Below, in pieces: positions 36,715 through 44,786 of a DNA stretch of 64,000 bases. Positions within the stretch are counted from its first letter, which is position 1; the number at the start of each line of letters is the position of its first letter. Under the pieces are notes generated by a model, which was not told where the DNA came from, searched no databases, and saw only the letters and a program-made list of their open reading frames with translations. The stretch covers positions 212 to 64,211 of the IMG/VR virus record IMGVR_UViG_3300031354_000002; one strand, 5' to 3'. The DNA comes from a virus (Duplodnaviria; Caudoviricetes). Made by a program: the position numbers and the translations under genes.

Positions 36715-36970
36715 TCTTTTCCTCCAGTATCCCCTTGCACGCAGGGCACTTTTTTATACTTACCACAACAAGTATCTTCCCGCAGTGGGGGCACGGTATC
36801 ACTGCCCCATCGGGTATCGCTCCCATCCACTTTTTGCACCCGACGCATCGGGCATTATCAGAGCTACCATCGGGCATCAGCGTGGAGCGCACATGGCATA
36901 TCTCCACGCTAATCCTCCTGCCTCTGGTTCCGTCCTTTGCGCCGGGAAAATTGTCACAGTTGTAGTACAT
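36686..36970 (-). CDS. Cys-rich multi-Zn-ribbon protein
   Basis: CVGC...CPHCG...CPACK. Confidence 0.55.
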   Translation of the reverse strand: MYYNCDNFPGAKDGTRGRRISVEICHVRSTLMPDGSSDNARCVGCKKWMGAIPDGAVIPCPHCGKILVVVSIKKCPACKGILEEKNEDRDQSNM

Positions 36971-36977
36971 TATGCCA

Positions 36978-37787
36978 CTACATGCTCACGACACCATCTT
37001 CGTATTTCCATGGGCCGCTGGACAGAAATTCGTCGGTGTAAATCAGTTGCACGATAGCCTGCTGGTTTGCACTGTCTGATAAATCCCTGAATGCATCCAC
37101 TGCGAGGGTTTTCTTGGGAATTCCTTCTCCCCCGGCCTCAGCCAGTTTGCCGATTATGTACTCGGTGGCCTCAGCCTCGGCGTCGCTCGTGTCGCTAGCC
37201 TTCTCCTTGGCAGCAGTCCCGGCCTTCGGTTTGGGTTTCCCCTTAGCCGCAGCAGTCTTCGTAGATTTCTCCTCAGCTTCCTCTCCGGGCATGACCAGAA
37301 TTTCATCAACAGTCAGGATAGTTGCAGGAAAATCCTTCCCATCCTCGCGCGGGGCCTTTTCAAGACCGGACCTTTTCGGGGCAGGGACTCTGGCCATATG
37401 AACTTTTATACCGTCAAATACCGATACGTCATCGCCCATCTCTTCCTCGTCGAATCCGCTGTCAACAAGGCTCTTGAGAAGTATCATTCCATTGCTGTTA
37501 AGTTTCAGCGTAGAAGCACTTCCTACCGGCTGAAGGGTCTTCCCGTCCTTGCTGGGTTTCCAGTCCTTGGCATTGCCTATAGACCAGTACTGCTCAGCTT
37601 CCTCACCTTCCTCGGTCTCCATTTCTACCTTGATGGCCGGGACAGGCGGCAGGGTTCCGTTGTAGTCAAACATCGCAAACCTGCACTTCTTCCATGTAAC
37701 GTTGACGTCATCCAAGAGACCGCCTTGGGTCGCTTCTGAGGGTTTTAAACTTACCATTTTTGATTCCTCCATTAAAATTGTTAACAT
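36978..37787 (-). CDS. Putative single-stranded DNA-binding/annealing protein
   Basis: Beta-rich acidic N-domain, Lys/Ala linker, small C-domain; position in the recombination/replication block. Function is inference. Confidence 0.45.
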   Translation of the reverse strand: MLTILMEESKMVSLKPSEATQGGLLDDVNVTWKKCRFAMFDYNGTLPPVPAIKVEMETEEGEEAEQYWSIGNAKDWKPSKDGKTLQPVGSASTLKLNSNGMILLKSLVDSGFDEEEMGDDVSVFDGIKVHMARVPAPKRSGLEKAPREDGKDFPATILTVDEILVMPGEEAEEKSTKTAAAKGKPKPKAGTAAKEKASDTSDAEAEATEYIIGKLAEAGGEGIPKKTLAVDAFRDLSDSANQQAIVQLIYTDEFLSSGPWKYEDGVVSM

Positions 37788-37987
37788 TTCACCTTCCTAA
37801 AGGCTTCATTCAAAGCTCGGCGCGTCCTATCTCTGGACAAATGCCATTTCCCGCAAACAGGGCATCGATACATCCTCACGTAGTGCCCATGCTCGCGCAT
37901 ACTCCACATTTTATCCCGCGCCTCGCTCCTCGTGTACCCCGCTTTCCGTTGGCAGGCGCGCAGATTCCGAGTTCTTGCTTGCGTCAT
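37781..37987 (-). CDS. Small Zn-finger protein
   Basis: CQRK.GY...A...YRCPVCGKWHLS. Confidence 0.6.
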   Translation of the reverse strand: MTQARTRNLRACQRKAGYTRSEARDKMWSMREHGHYVRMYRCPVCGKWHLSRDRTRRALNEAFRKVKC

Positions 37988-38336
37988 CGTTGATCTCCTT
38001 TAAAGCCTGCAGTGCCAGATATTTCGCTCGGGAATAGCCGTAGTGATATTCATCTCCGTTAGCTATCTCTCGCAGAACACCCAGCAGTTTTCTGTTTGTA
38101 TTCATCACCTCCTTCGCCATGTTATTAACTAAACTTCTCGATGTCAGCGTCCGCCGCACACCTTCATGGCCTAGCCTTATCCTTGTGACAAATATATCAA
38201 CTGGTATACCACGTTCCTTCGCCTTGACATATGCCATTGTTATGCAGTTGCGGCATAGTTCTTTTTCTCCTCGAAACGTATTGAGGATCCTATCATGGTG
38301 GCACCATATACACTCGCCAAAATCAGCTCTAGCCAT
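37911..38336 (-). CDS. Hypothetical Zn-binding protein
   Basis: CIWC...CRNC; RBS AAGGAGG. Confidence 0.55.
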   Translation of the reverse strand: MARADFGECIWCHHDRILNTFRGEKELCRNCITMAYVKAKERGIPVDIFVTRIRLGHEGVRRTLTSRSLVNNMAKEVMNTNRKLLGVLREIANGDEYHYGYSRAKYLALQALKEINDDASKNSESARLPTESGVHEERGAG

Positions 38337-38482
38337 TTTTTCCTCCTTTATTTATCCGGGCCACCACCAAAACCTCGCCTCAAGCCTCTTGATTCTTTCC
38401 TCAAAATTCCTCAAAGTGGCCTCCAAAGCTGGATTTGGTTGCGGCTCAAGATGTTCCTCTATTGTTGCCTCCAGCGCTGTTA

Positions 38483-38839
38483 TTAATCCACGGGCGAGAT
38501 TGTAATAGGCCCGGCTGGTTCTGGAGGCCTGAAATCCAAAGGGACGATGGCCTCGGGACTCCCCGAAGCCATATTTCCCTCTTCGTCATAGGCCACTATC
38601 GAGGCTCGGTATACTCCCTCAACCATACGTATTGGGTCGTCCTCGGCAAAGTCGTCCGGCACTACGAACTCCGTCCTGTTCCCAATGTCAATATATGGCG
38701 AGTTCTTCGTCAATTCCTCTTCCTCCGGGCAGTAATACATCCGATACCCCGCCACGTCCGGCGACGGCGACGGCGCAAAATTCACCCTGCGACTTGAAAT
38801 TCTACTTCCTTCAATTACCATTTTCGTTCTCCTTCTCAA
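38483..38839 (-). CDS. Fibronectin type III-like domain protein (acidic; start probably MVIEG)
   Basis: FAPSPSPDVAGYRMYY...DIGNRTEF...YRASIVAYDEEGNMAS.S.E. Confidence 0.7.
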   Translation of the reverse strand: MRRRTKMVIEGSRISSRRVNFAPSPSPDVAGYRMYYCPEEEELTKNSPYIDIGNRTEFVVPDDFAEDDPIRMVEGVYRASIVAYDEEGNMASGSPEAIVPLDFRPPEPAGPITISPVD

Positions 38840-39227
38840 ATATAGGTTTACCCGCTGGGGCTAACTCAGCCTCCACCAAGAAAGCCCCCTCTTCCATAGC
38901 AACGTCGTCGGGGTTAGTGGACTTGATCCACTCTGAGCAATTATCCTCATCACTCTTGTGGCATGCCCTAACCCTGATCTCGTAGACTCCAACTTTTGGT
39001 ATAGTTACCGTTACCGACAGCCCGGTAGTTTTTGATGCATAGGTTTTGTTGTTGCTCATACTGAACAGCACCACCTGATATATTACATCGGGAGTCGTCG
39101 ACGCATCCCAACCAATAGCCACTCTGCCCCCTGAGTATACATGAAATCTATATGGTTGGGCCAACGCCGATAGCGATATCAGCAAACAGAAAATAACTGC
39201 TATAATTTTCACTGAAAGTCTTCTCAT
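38811..39227 (-). CDS. Secreted fibronectin type III-like protein
   Basis: Sec-type signal MRRLSVKIIAVIFCLLISLSALA; IGWDAS...YQV...YEIRVRAC...SEW. Confidence 0.7.
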   Translation of the reverse strand: MRRLSVKIIAVIFCLLISLSALAQPYRFHVYSGGRVAIGWDASTTPDVIYQVVLFSMSNNKTYASKTTGLSVTVTIPKVGVYEIRVRACHKSDEDNCSEWIKSTNPDDVAMEEGAFLVEAELAPAGKPIFEKENENGN

Positions 39228-39274
39228 AATACCCCCCTATGGCCGAGGCCCGCGTCCGACGCGTCTCCTCGCCG

Positions 39275-41656
39275 CTACATTGTTTCCAATTTCGGCGCTG
39301 GCGGGACTGTGTTCCTGCTCACAAACGAATCAGTGAACCACTCCGGCGCATAACTCTTGTACCTGTTTATAAACCAAGTTATATTATCGTCGATTATTAT
39401 GTTCTCGCAGAAATCATCCTTGGATCGGACGCTCCTCCCGCAAGTCTGGATTAGCTGCTGCATGGCTATATACGAATTATACCCTTTGTCGCTCTTGGTC
39501 CTCGCCTTAACCAATTTGCTGGTAGAGTCCGGATATGCAATCTTTCCGATAATTTGTATCCTGCATTCGTCTCCCGGAAAATCATATCCAGTTGTGACTG
39601 ATGGAGATACCAGATACGCTGGGGCCTTGGCCTGCTTGAACAGTTTAACGGCCTTCTCAACTTCCTTGGGTCCGTGATCCATCATGCATTTCATGTTCTT
39701 GCTGTTCATCATTACCATTTCTTGTCGCTTGTACGATACGGTGTGGATAATTCCTTTGCGGTCCTGTCTGGCCCTAAGTATCTGGTCGATGCGCGTAACC
39801 CACTGCCTCAATTCCATGTCGCTGATCTTGTAGTTCATCCGCACCGTAGGGACGTGCACCAGACGCCTCCTCTCTATCGGGAATGAATGCTCGAACTCTA
39901 GCTTGGAGTATTCGTCGCGCGCTACCCCGAGTATTGCTGCGGTCTTCCCGCACATACTGGCGCTAGTCATTATTATGTTGGGGATATCTCTGAACAGCAC
40001 TCCTTCGCAGTACGGCGCGGGCCACACCGGGCACAGTTCTATGCGGTATCTGGTCACGTCACATATCCAGTTCTCCCCCATACTCCGCATCTCTTCGAGG
40101 TTAACCACAGTTCGCTTGAGCTGTGCCAGTCTGCGTCGAATTGAGCGATTGTTGGTTCCCATCCTGATACTGCGCTGTACAGATTCCACCTCGCGCTCGA
40201 CGCTGGGCAGTCTGCTGCGCGCCCACTCCCTCCATTCCGGGATTGTCATCTGGGTCGGGCGCGACGGGTAGTACGGCATCAGAACCTCATCTTCCTTGTC
40301 GAGCGATATGGTCAAAAAATTGCTGACTATATCTGGCGCATTGTGAGCCTCGTCGCACACTAGGGTATCCACATTTCCGAGTCCGTCCCCGTACATATTT
40401 TGGTTCATCCAGTATGAATAATTAGTTACCACTAGAGGGGCGCGTTGGGCGCGGCGCACGGCATTGTAATAATCGCATCCGAAGTTTTTTAGCTTGCATT
40501 CGATTCCGGCGATGCACGGCCCGTGGTCGCAGGTCGTCTCCCCGTCAGCCTCAAGGTTGCAGAAATAGGAATTTCGTCCGCGCACATCCACCATCCCAAT
40601 GGACTTGAAATCCTCCAGCAGTTGCGTCTGTAGCCCCTTGGTACTGGTTAAAATTATTGCTCGGCCACCAAGGAGAATGGAGGAAGCAGTATATTGCAGG
40701 GATTTTCCACTATTGTGTACTACAATCCCGTTAGCCACAAAATTATGGTAGTCTGGGCATTCAATATCGTAGGTTTCCTCCTCCCCGACATACCTAACAT
40801 CCACAACTCGCGAATAATGCGGAACTCCTTGTCCGAAGTTCCTGTATAGGTCATGCTCAGCATTGTGATCCCCGATCGATAAATGAATTAAGTTTGTGGG
40901 ATCATTATTGTAGTGGTCCCCATCTTTATGGTGTACGCAGTATCTAGCCGGATCTATATATCTAAGGTTTTCCCATTCATTTGAGTTCGCTCTTAGAATT
41001 TGGCAGTATTCTTCGATAGATATTCCGTTTATGTATGCCTCATATACCGCTCTATGTACTTCTATGCGTCGCGTCCACCCTCGCACCTCTTTGGAAGTGA
41101 TTGTTCTAGACGCATACGGATGATTCCACAAATTTGTTATATAACTATCGCGGAGTTTGTCTCGCACACCCCCAGACCTTACAGGCTTTATAGTGTCCAC
41201 CATAACTAGATGTTTATTAGTCAATTCTCCGAGTGGAATCCATCCGGTATCAGTCATTACCAAGTGCTCATACGTAGCTTTCAGAGTTGTCCTATCGGCT
41301 AGACAAAGTTCATATACCGGCTTGGCCCCGCTATACAGTATGTCTGTAGCCTCGTGCAACTGCACTCTGGTTCCATCATAGGACCTAACCATGGTTGGGA
41401 TAGTGTCCTTCCATTTAGGTCCTTTGTTTAGTTTATGGTGACACTTATACATTTGTCTGATGGTTTGTCTTTTGCTGCATCCACCACGATTACGCACTAT
41501 TATGGTATCTCCCGACAAACACCCCGTGGGGCATATCTGGACGCGGAAACGTTCGGGCTGTTGCGTGGCGTGAAGTATTGCCTCGCCCTGACCCGAGCGC
41601 CACCCGGCAAATTTCGCTGGAAGTCCTATCGCCTCCGGCGGAAATAATAATGACAT
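39275..41656 (-). CDS. DinG/XPD-like SF2 Fe-S helicase with an intein
   Basis: Q motif GQGEA, Walker A CPTG|SGKS, LTSTKGLQ.QL, Cys cluster, VTNYS, CDEAH, TSAS, IIHTVSY, TGYDFPGD, QTCGRSVRS.DD; 523 aa spliced. Confidence 0.9.
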   Translation of the reverse strand: MSLLFPPEAIGLPAKFAGWRSGQGEAILHATQQPERFRVQICPTGCLSGDTIIVRNRGGCSKRQTIRQMYKCHHKLNKGPKWKDTIPTMVRSYDGTRVQLHEATDILYSGAKPVYELCLADRTTLKATYEHLVMTDTGWIPLGELTNKHLVMVDTIKPVRSGGVRDKLRDSYITNLWNHPYASRTITSKEVRGWTRRIEVHRAVYEAYINGISIEEYCQILRANSNEWENLRYIDPARYCVHHKDGDHYNNDPTNLIHLSIGDHNAEHDLYRNFGQGVPHYSRVVDVRYVGEEETYDIECPDYHNFVANGIVVHNSGKSLQYTASSILLGGRAIILTSTKGLQTQLLEDFKSIGMVDVRGRNSYFCNLEADGETTCDHGPCIAGIECKLKNFGCDYYNAVRRAQRAPLVVTNYSYWMNQNMYGDGLGNVDTLVCDEAHNAPDIVSNFLTISLDKEDEVLMPYYPSRPTQMTIPEWREWARSRLPSVEREVESVQRSIRMGTNNRSIRRRLAQLKRTVVNLEEMRSMGENWICDVTRYRIELCPVWPAPYCEGVLFRDIPNIIMTSASMCGKTAAILGVARDEYSKLEFEHSFPIERRRLVHVPTVRMNYKISDMELRQWVTRIDQILRARQDRKGIIHTVSYKRQEMVMMNSKNMKCMMDHGPKEVEKAVKLFKQAKAPAYLVSPSVTTGYDFPGDECRIQIIGKIAYPDSTSKLVKARTKSDKGYNSYIAMQQLIQTCGRSVRSKDDFCENIIIDDNITWFINRYKSYAPEWFTDSFVSRNTVPPAPKLETM
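40712..41521 (-). mobile_element. Intein (270 aa) with an HNH homing endonuclease, inserted in the helicase Walker A motif
   Basis: CLSGDT start, ATYEH block B, VHRAVY...VHHKDGDHYNNDPTNL HNH, TYDIEC..YHNFVANGIVVHN|S end. Confidence 0.92.
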
Positions 41657-41947
41657 ATTTACTCCTCTGCTATGCTATCCCTTCGAATTTTCAAGAGTGT
41701 ATATTGTGTTGGCCATATTATTCGCGGCTTGAGTGTACTTCAAAGCGTCATCTGCTTTAATATTGCCCGTGATTTTGTCCGCAAGGACTTCAATCGCCTT
41801 TACCAATTTTACCTTCGCTGTTTCTGCCATAGGGTTTTACCTCCTATATGCTGCCGATTAATTCAACCGTGATCGGATCGGCTTTTCTCGACCACGGAAG
41901 CATAATATTAAGTTCACCAGTTCATATGGTGAAACGGTGGTTATGGT

Positions 41948-42130
41948 TTAATCACCCCAATAGGACATCTCTTCATCTGCTGCGCCTTCAGGATCGTCAA
42001 AATAATCCATAACTGTATCGTGCCCTGAATTTTCACTTGCATTAAAGGTATCTTCAGCAAGTTCTTTAGTAAACCCATACTGGTCTATTAATCGTTTAAT
42101 ATATCGTGCCTTCCATGTTCCTATATCCAT
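41948..42130 (-). CDS. Cassette ORF, acidic hypothetical protein
   Basis: RBS GGAGGTGA directly after an R' GTTAT box. Confidence 0.6.
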   Translation of the reverse strand: MDIGTWKARYIKRLIDQYGFTKELAEDTFNASENSGHDTVMDYFDDPEGAADEEMSYWGD

Positions 42131-42179
42131 TTCACCTCCTGCAAAATAACATCCAACTAACCAGCCGGGCGGTTAAAGG

Positions 42180-42443
42180 TTAACCATAAACATAGCCACA
42201 TTCGCATGGATCACATAAACAACGTGGGCAGGCGGATATATTTGTCCGGTCTGGATTAATTTGCTGGGTATGGGGTTCCCTGAACATATCATCCAAATGG
42301 TGTTGACCACCACATACACAACAGTCCACATTCCAAACGTTTTGTTCATCTATCCAAAATGACGCCTGTAACGCGTCCATGTAATCGTCAATATTGCTGT
42401 CTGGACAAATAAGCTTTATTTTGTGATTATTAATTCTATTCAT
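42180..42443 (-). CDS. Cassette ORF, Cys-rich hypothetical protein
   Basis: Stop TAA is part of the TAAC box; RBS GGAGGGA after the upstream R' box. Confidence 0.6.
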   Translation of the reverse strand: MNRINNHKIKLICPDSNIDDYMDALQASFWIDEQNVWNVDCCVCGGQHHLDDMFREPHTQQINPDRTNISACPRCLCDPCECGYVYG

Positions 42444-42493
42444 ATTCCCTCCAAAAGACATAACGCCCAAATAACCAGCCGGGCGGCTAAAGG

Positions 42494-42724
42494 TTAATCT
42501 TTAGCACATTCAGGTCTATGTTGATTGTACCCGTGGCAGTATGGACATTCCTTCCCGTCTGAGTTAATTTGATGGTTATATTCAAGTTGTTGATCATGAC
42601 GTCCAGCGTCATATCCTTTTATAAATGTTGATAGTTGTTTTTCCTGTGCCGCATGAGCATGGCCGCTTCTTGCTGATATTATTTCCCAACATAATTTTAT
42701 TCTATTTTTAAATGATAATTTCAT
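42494..42724 (-). CDS. Cassette ORF, hypothetical protein with a C-terminal CPYC motif
   Basis: Stop TAA is part of the TAAC box. Confidence 0.55.
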   Translation of the reverse strand: MKLSFKNRIKLCWEIISARSGHAHAAQEKQLSTFIKGYDAGRHDQQLEYNHQINSDGKECPYCHGYNQHRPECAKD

Positions 42725-42752
42725 AAAGGCCCCTGAGAATATAACAATTGAA

Positions 42753-42992
42753 CTAAGGCGCAAGCAGCTTGCCACAAGCCATACAATAACCTAGGCTTGC
42801 TGGTGGGCGCAGAGGGTATTTGCACTGGCAAAATGGTAGCTTGTCGGCCTTGAGTGATGGATTATGAGGAGTGTCGGGCGATATAGATTCAAGATCATGC
42901 GCACATTCCTCAAACCCGTGAGCTGCACAGTGTTCCCCGTGATGATTATATCCAGCGGCTGCATTTCTCCACTTTAAAATTAATTCCATCAT
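42753..42992 (-). CDS. Cassette ORF whose C-terminal half is translated attC sequence
   Basis: HNPSLKADK...ACGKLLAP* is encoded within the 42741-42865 attC. Confidence 0.55.
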   Translation of the reverse strand: MMELILKWRNAAAGYNHHGEHCAAHGFEECAHDLESISPDTPHNPSLKADKLPFCQCKYPLRPPASLGYCMACGKLLAP

Positions 42993-43008
42993 TTTTTTAC
43001 TGACATCG

Positions 43009-43230
43009 TCATTTATTTATTGATTCCAATGAGACATATTTTATTTTTTGCTTTTTAGTCCAGTGGCTCTCATATGGAGATATTTCGGGACAATTGGGGT
43101 TAAAGCAAATAGGCTTACCAGCCAAATGACCATCATTCCACTGTCCCCACCCTATTGATTTACACTTGCAATCAGGGCAAATATTCCGCCAGTAATAAGT
43201 TTTTCTGATAAGTTTTTTTATTATTCCCAT
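43009..43230 (-). CDS. Cassette ORF, Zn-ribbon hypothetical protein
   Basis: CPDCKC...CFNPNCP; RBS GGAGGT after an R' box. Confidence 0.55.
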   Translation of the reverse strand: MGIIKKLIRKTYYWRNICPDCKCKSIGWGQWNDGHLAGKPICFNPNCPEISPYESHWTKKQKIKYVSLESINK

Positions 43231-43298
43231 AAGATTTTTTATACCTCCTGAAATATAACACCCAACTAACCAGCATCAGTCTGGTTGAGTAATTTTGG

Positions 43299-43445
43299 TT
43301 ATTGCTTTATACAGACAGCCCCCGGTATACCGCCTTTAACATCACAAGGGGTACTGCAACTATTTTCAAAATATTCAACAGATTCGTGTTCTCTTTTATG
43401 ATAACAATTTTTAACCTGACATTCTTCTGACTTATTACATTTCAT
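43299..43445 (-). CDS. Cassette ORF, 48-aa Cys-rich peptide
   Basis: Hand translation MKCNKSEECQVKNCYHK...CIKQ*; TAA lies in the R'' box. Confidence 0.5.
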   Translation of the reverse strand: MKCNKSEECQVKNCYHKREHESVEYFENSCSTPCDVKGGIPGAVCIKQ

Positions 43446-43513
43446 TTTATCACCTTAAAACAACACCCAGCTACCAGCCGGGCGGTTAAAGGTTATTTAC
43501 GATGAAACTTGGG

Positions 43514-43951
43514 TTATAGGTTTTCCCCTGCTATATCTTGTATCTTACCTAAAATATCAACTGCTCTGTAGATTTCTTTCGACAATAAATCTACATCAAT
43601 AAAATTAAACTGAAAAATAGTTTTAGTTAATTTTTCAGTTTCTAATAATTTAGATTTATAGTACTCAGCTTCACACCTTGGGCAACACCAATCACTATTA
43701 ACTGATCTTGTGTCTGTGTTGCAAGGATTGCCCGTAACCATACATCTAGGAATTAATTCCACTGCCTTCTTTGCCCGGTCTGAGTTGGCTTGCTGTTTTT
43801 GCAGTCTCTTGTTGTCAACATACCCACACACAGACGCATAACAGTCGTCACATACTTCATGGTTGGCAACAAAACGCCTAATTCTGAGAGTGATAGGTAT
43901 CTTGCACAGACACATATAGCATGTAGTTCTTTTGTCTGTTGTTTCCGCCAT
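43514..43951 (-). CDS. Cys-rich hypothetical protein (from MAETT)
   Basis: CYMC...CDDC, CMVTGNPC...CPRC; RBS GAGGA. Confidence 0.55.
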   Translation of the reverse strand: MAETTDKRTTCYMCLCKIPITLRIRRFVANHEVCDDCYASVCGYVDNKRLQKQQANSDRAKKAVELIPRCMVTGNPCNTDTRSVNSDWCCPRCEAEYYKSKLLETEKLTKTIFQFNFIDVDLLSKEIYRAVDILGKIQDIAGENL

Positions 43952-44243
43952 ATTATTCCTCATTGTGATATAACTTTTTCCATTCTTCAAGTGCGGCCTT
44001 GTGTATACGACAAACAAATGTATGCCCCGTTCTGGCATCAGGTTGCCATTTATCAAGATTACAATTACATTGCATCTCCAAAGCTTTTTTGTCTGCTAGG
44101 GGTTTGAGGCTTTCCCTATTCATCTTTTTCATTTTTTACCCTCCTGATTATCTCGTATAAATTTCTTTCAATCTTATCTAATCGATCCGAAATAAATATT
44201 GTTTGAATACACAAAAACACACATATCACAATTAAGAATACCA

Positions 44244-44474
44244 TCATTTATATCGTCCTTTCTTTAGAATTAATTCTCTTCCATCCTTCAAGGAAATTAC
44301 ACCATCTTTTTTGCCGTGCCCACAACATGAAGCCGCCGTCTCTATATTGGCTGCATTTAGGGCTGCTACGATATCGGCAATACATAAATCAATGCCTTGA
44401 ACCCTTCCTTTTATTGGCATAGGTATTTGGCATCCATACGATCCCATTTCACAGCATTTACTAGGTTTTTTCAT
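44244..44474 (-). CDS. Conserved small protein (IDxCIA...LN...T.ASCCGH family)
   Basis: IDLCIADIVAALNAANIETAASCCGHG; RBS AAGGGAG. Confidence 0.65.
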   Translation of the reverse strand: MKKPSKCCEMGSYGCQIPMPIKGRVQGIDLCIADIVAALNAANIETAASCCGHGKKDGVISLKDGRELILKKGRYK

Positions 44475-44544
44475 ATGATCTCCCTTACCAAAAATAATTA
44501 ATTATCGCAATCCCAGTCCCCCAACCCCGGAGGTTGGGCAGGGC

Positions 44545-44687
44545 AGTTATTCGCTGGCGCCGTGCGCCGAGAGGGAGGAGTGGTGGGGCAACTACCGACT
44601 TTCTAAGAACCTGCCTGACGTAGATAAATTTTTTACGCCCCACCAATTCCTCCACTCTCAGCACAACCCCCCAGCCCGCAAATAACC
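44545..44687 (-). ncRNA. 143-nt rod-like structured RNA within a ~300-nt non-coding leader
   Basis: Nested pairings GGTTATTT/GAATAACT, GCTGG/CCAGC, TGTGC/GCGCA, GAGAG/CTCTC, GGAGG/CCTCC, GGTGGGGC/GCCCCACC; mismatches resolve as G-U only on the minus strand. Confidence 0.6.
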
Positions 44688-44786
44688 CTATCAGATAGCC
44701 CTATAGCTCGGCCAGAGGCCGAGGGGGCAGGGGGAATTGAAAAGTGAAAGGACCAAAACCAACCCCTTGTGACCGCCCGCCCACCC

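Larger units (their letters stand above)
41902..43496 (-). mobile_element. Cluster of attC-like sites lacking an integrase (CALIN-like gene-cassette array)
   Basis: attC-like sites at 41902-41944 (degenerate), 42146-42183, 42460-42497, 42741-42865, 43255-43302 and 43460-43496, each at or just past a stop codon and followed by RBS+ATG. Confidence 0.75.

Noticed and set aside
41902-43496. CRISPR array interpretation of the repeats
   Set aside because: Spacers are gene-sized, irregular and coding; repeats have attC box geometry; no cas genes (the PD-(D/E)xK nuclease sits in the recombination block)
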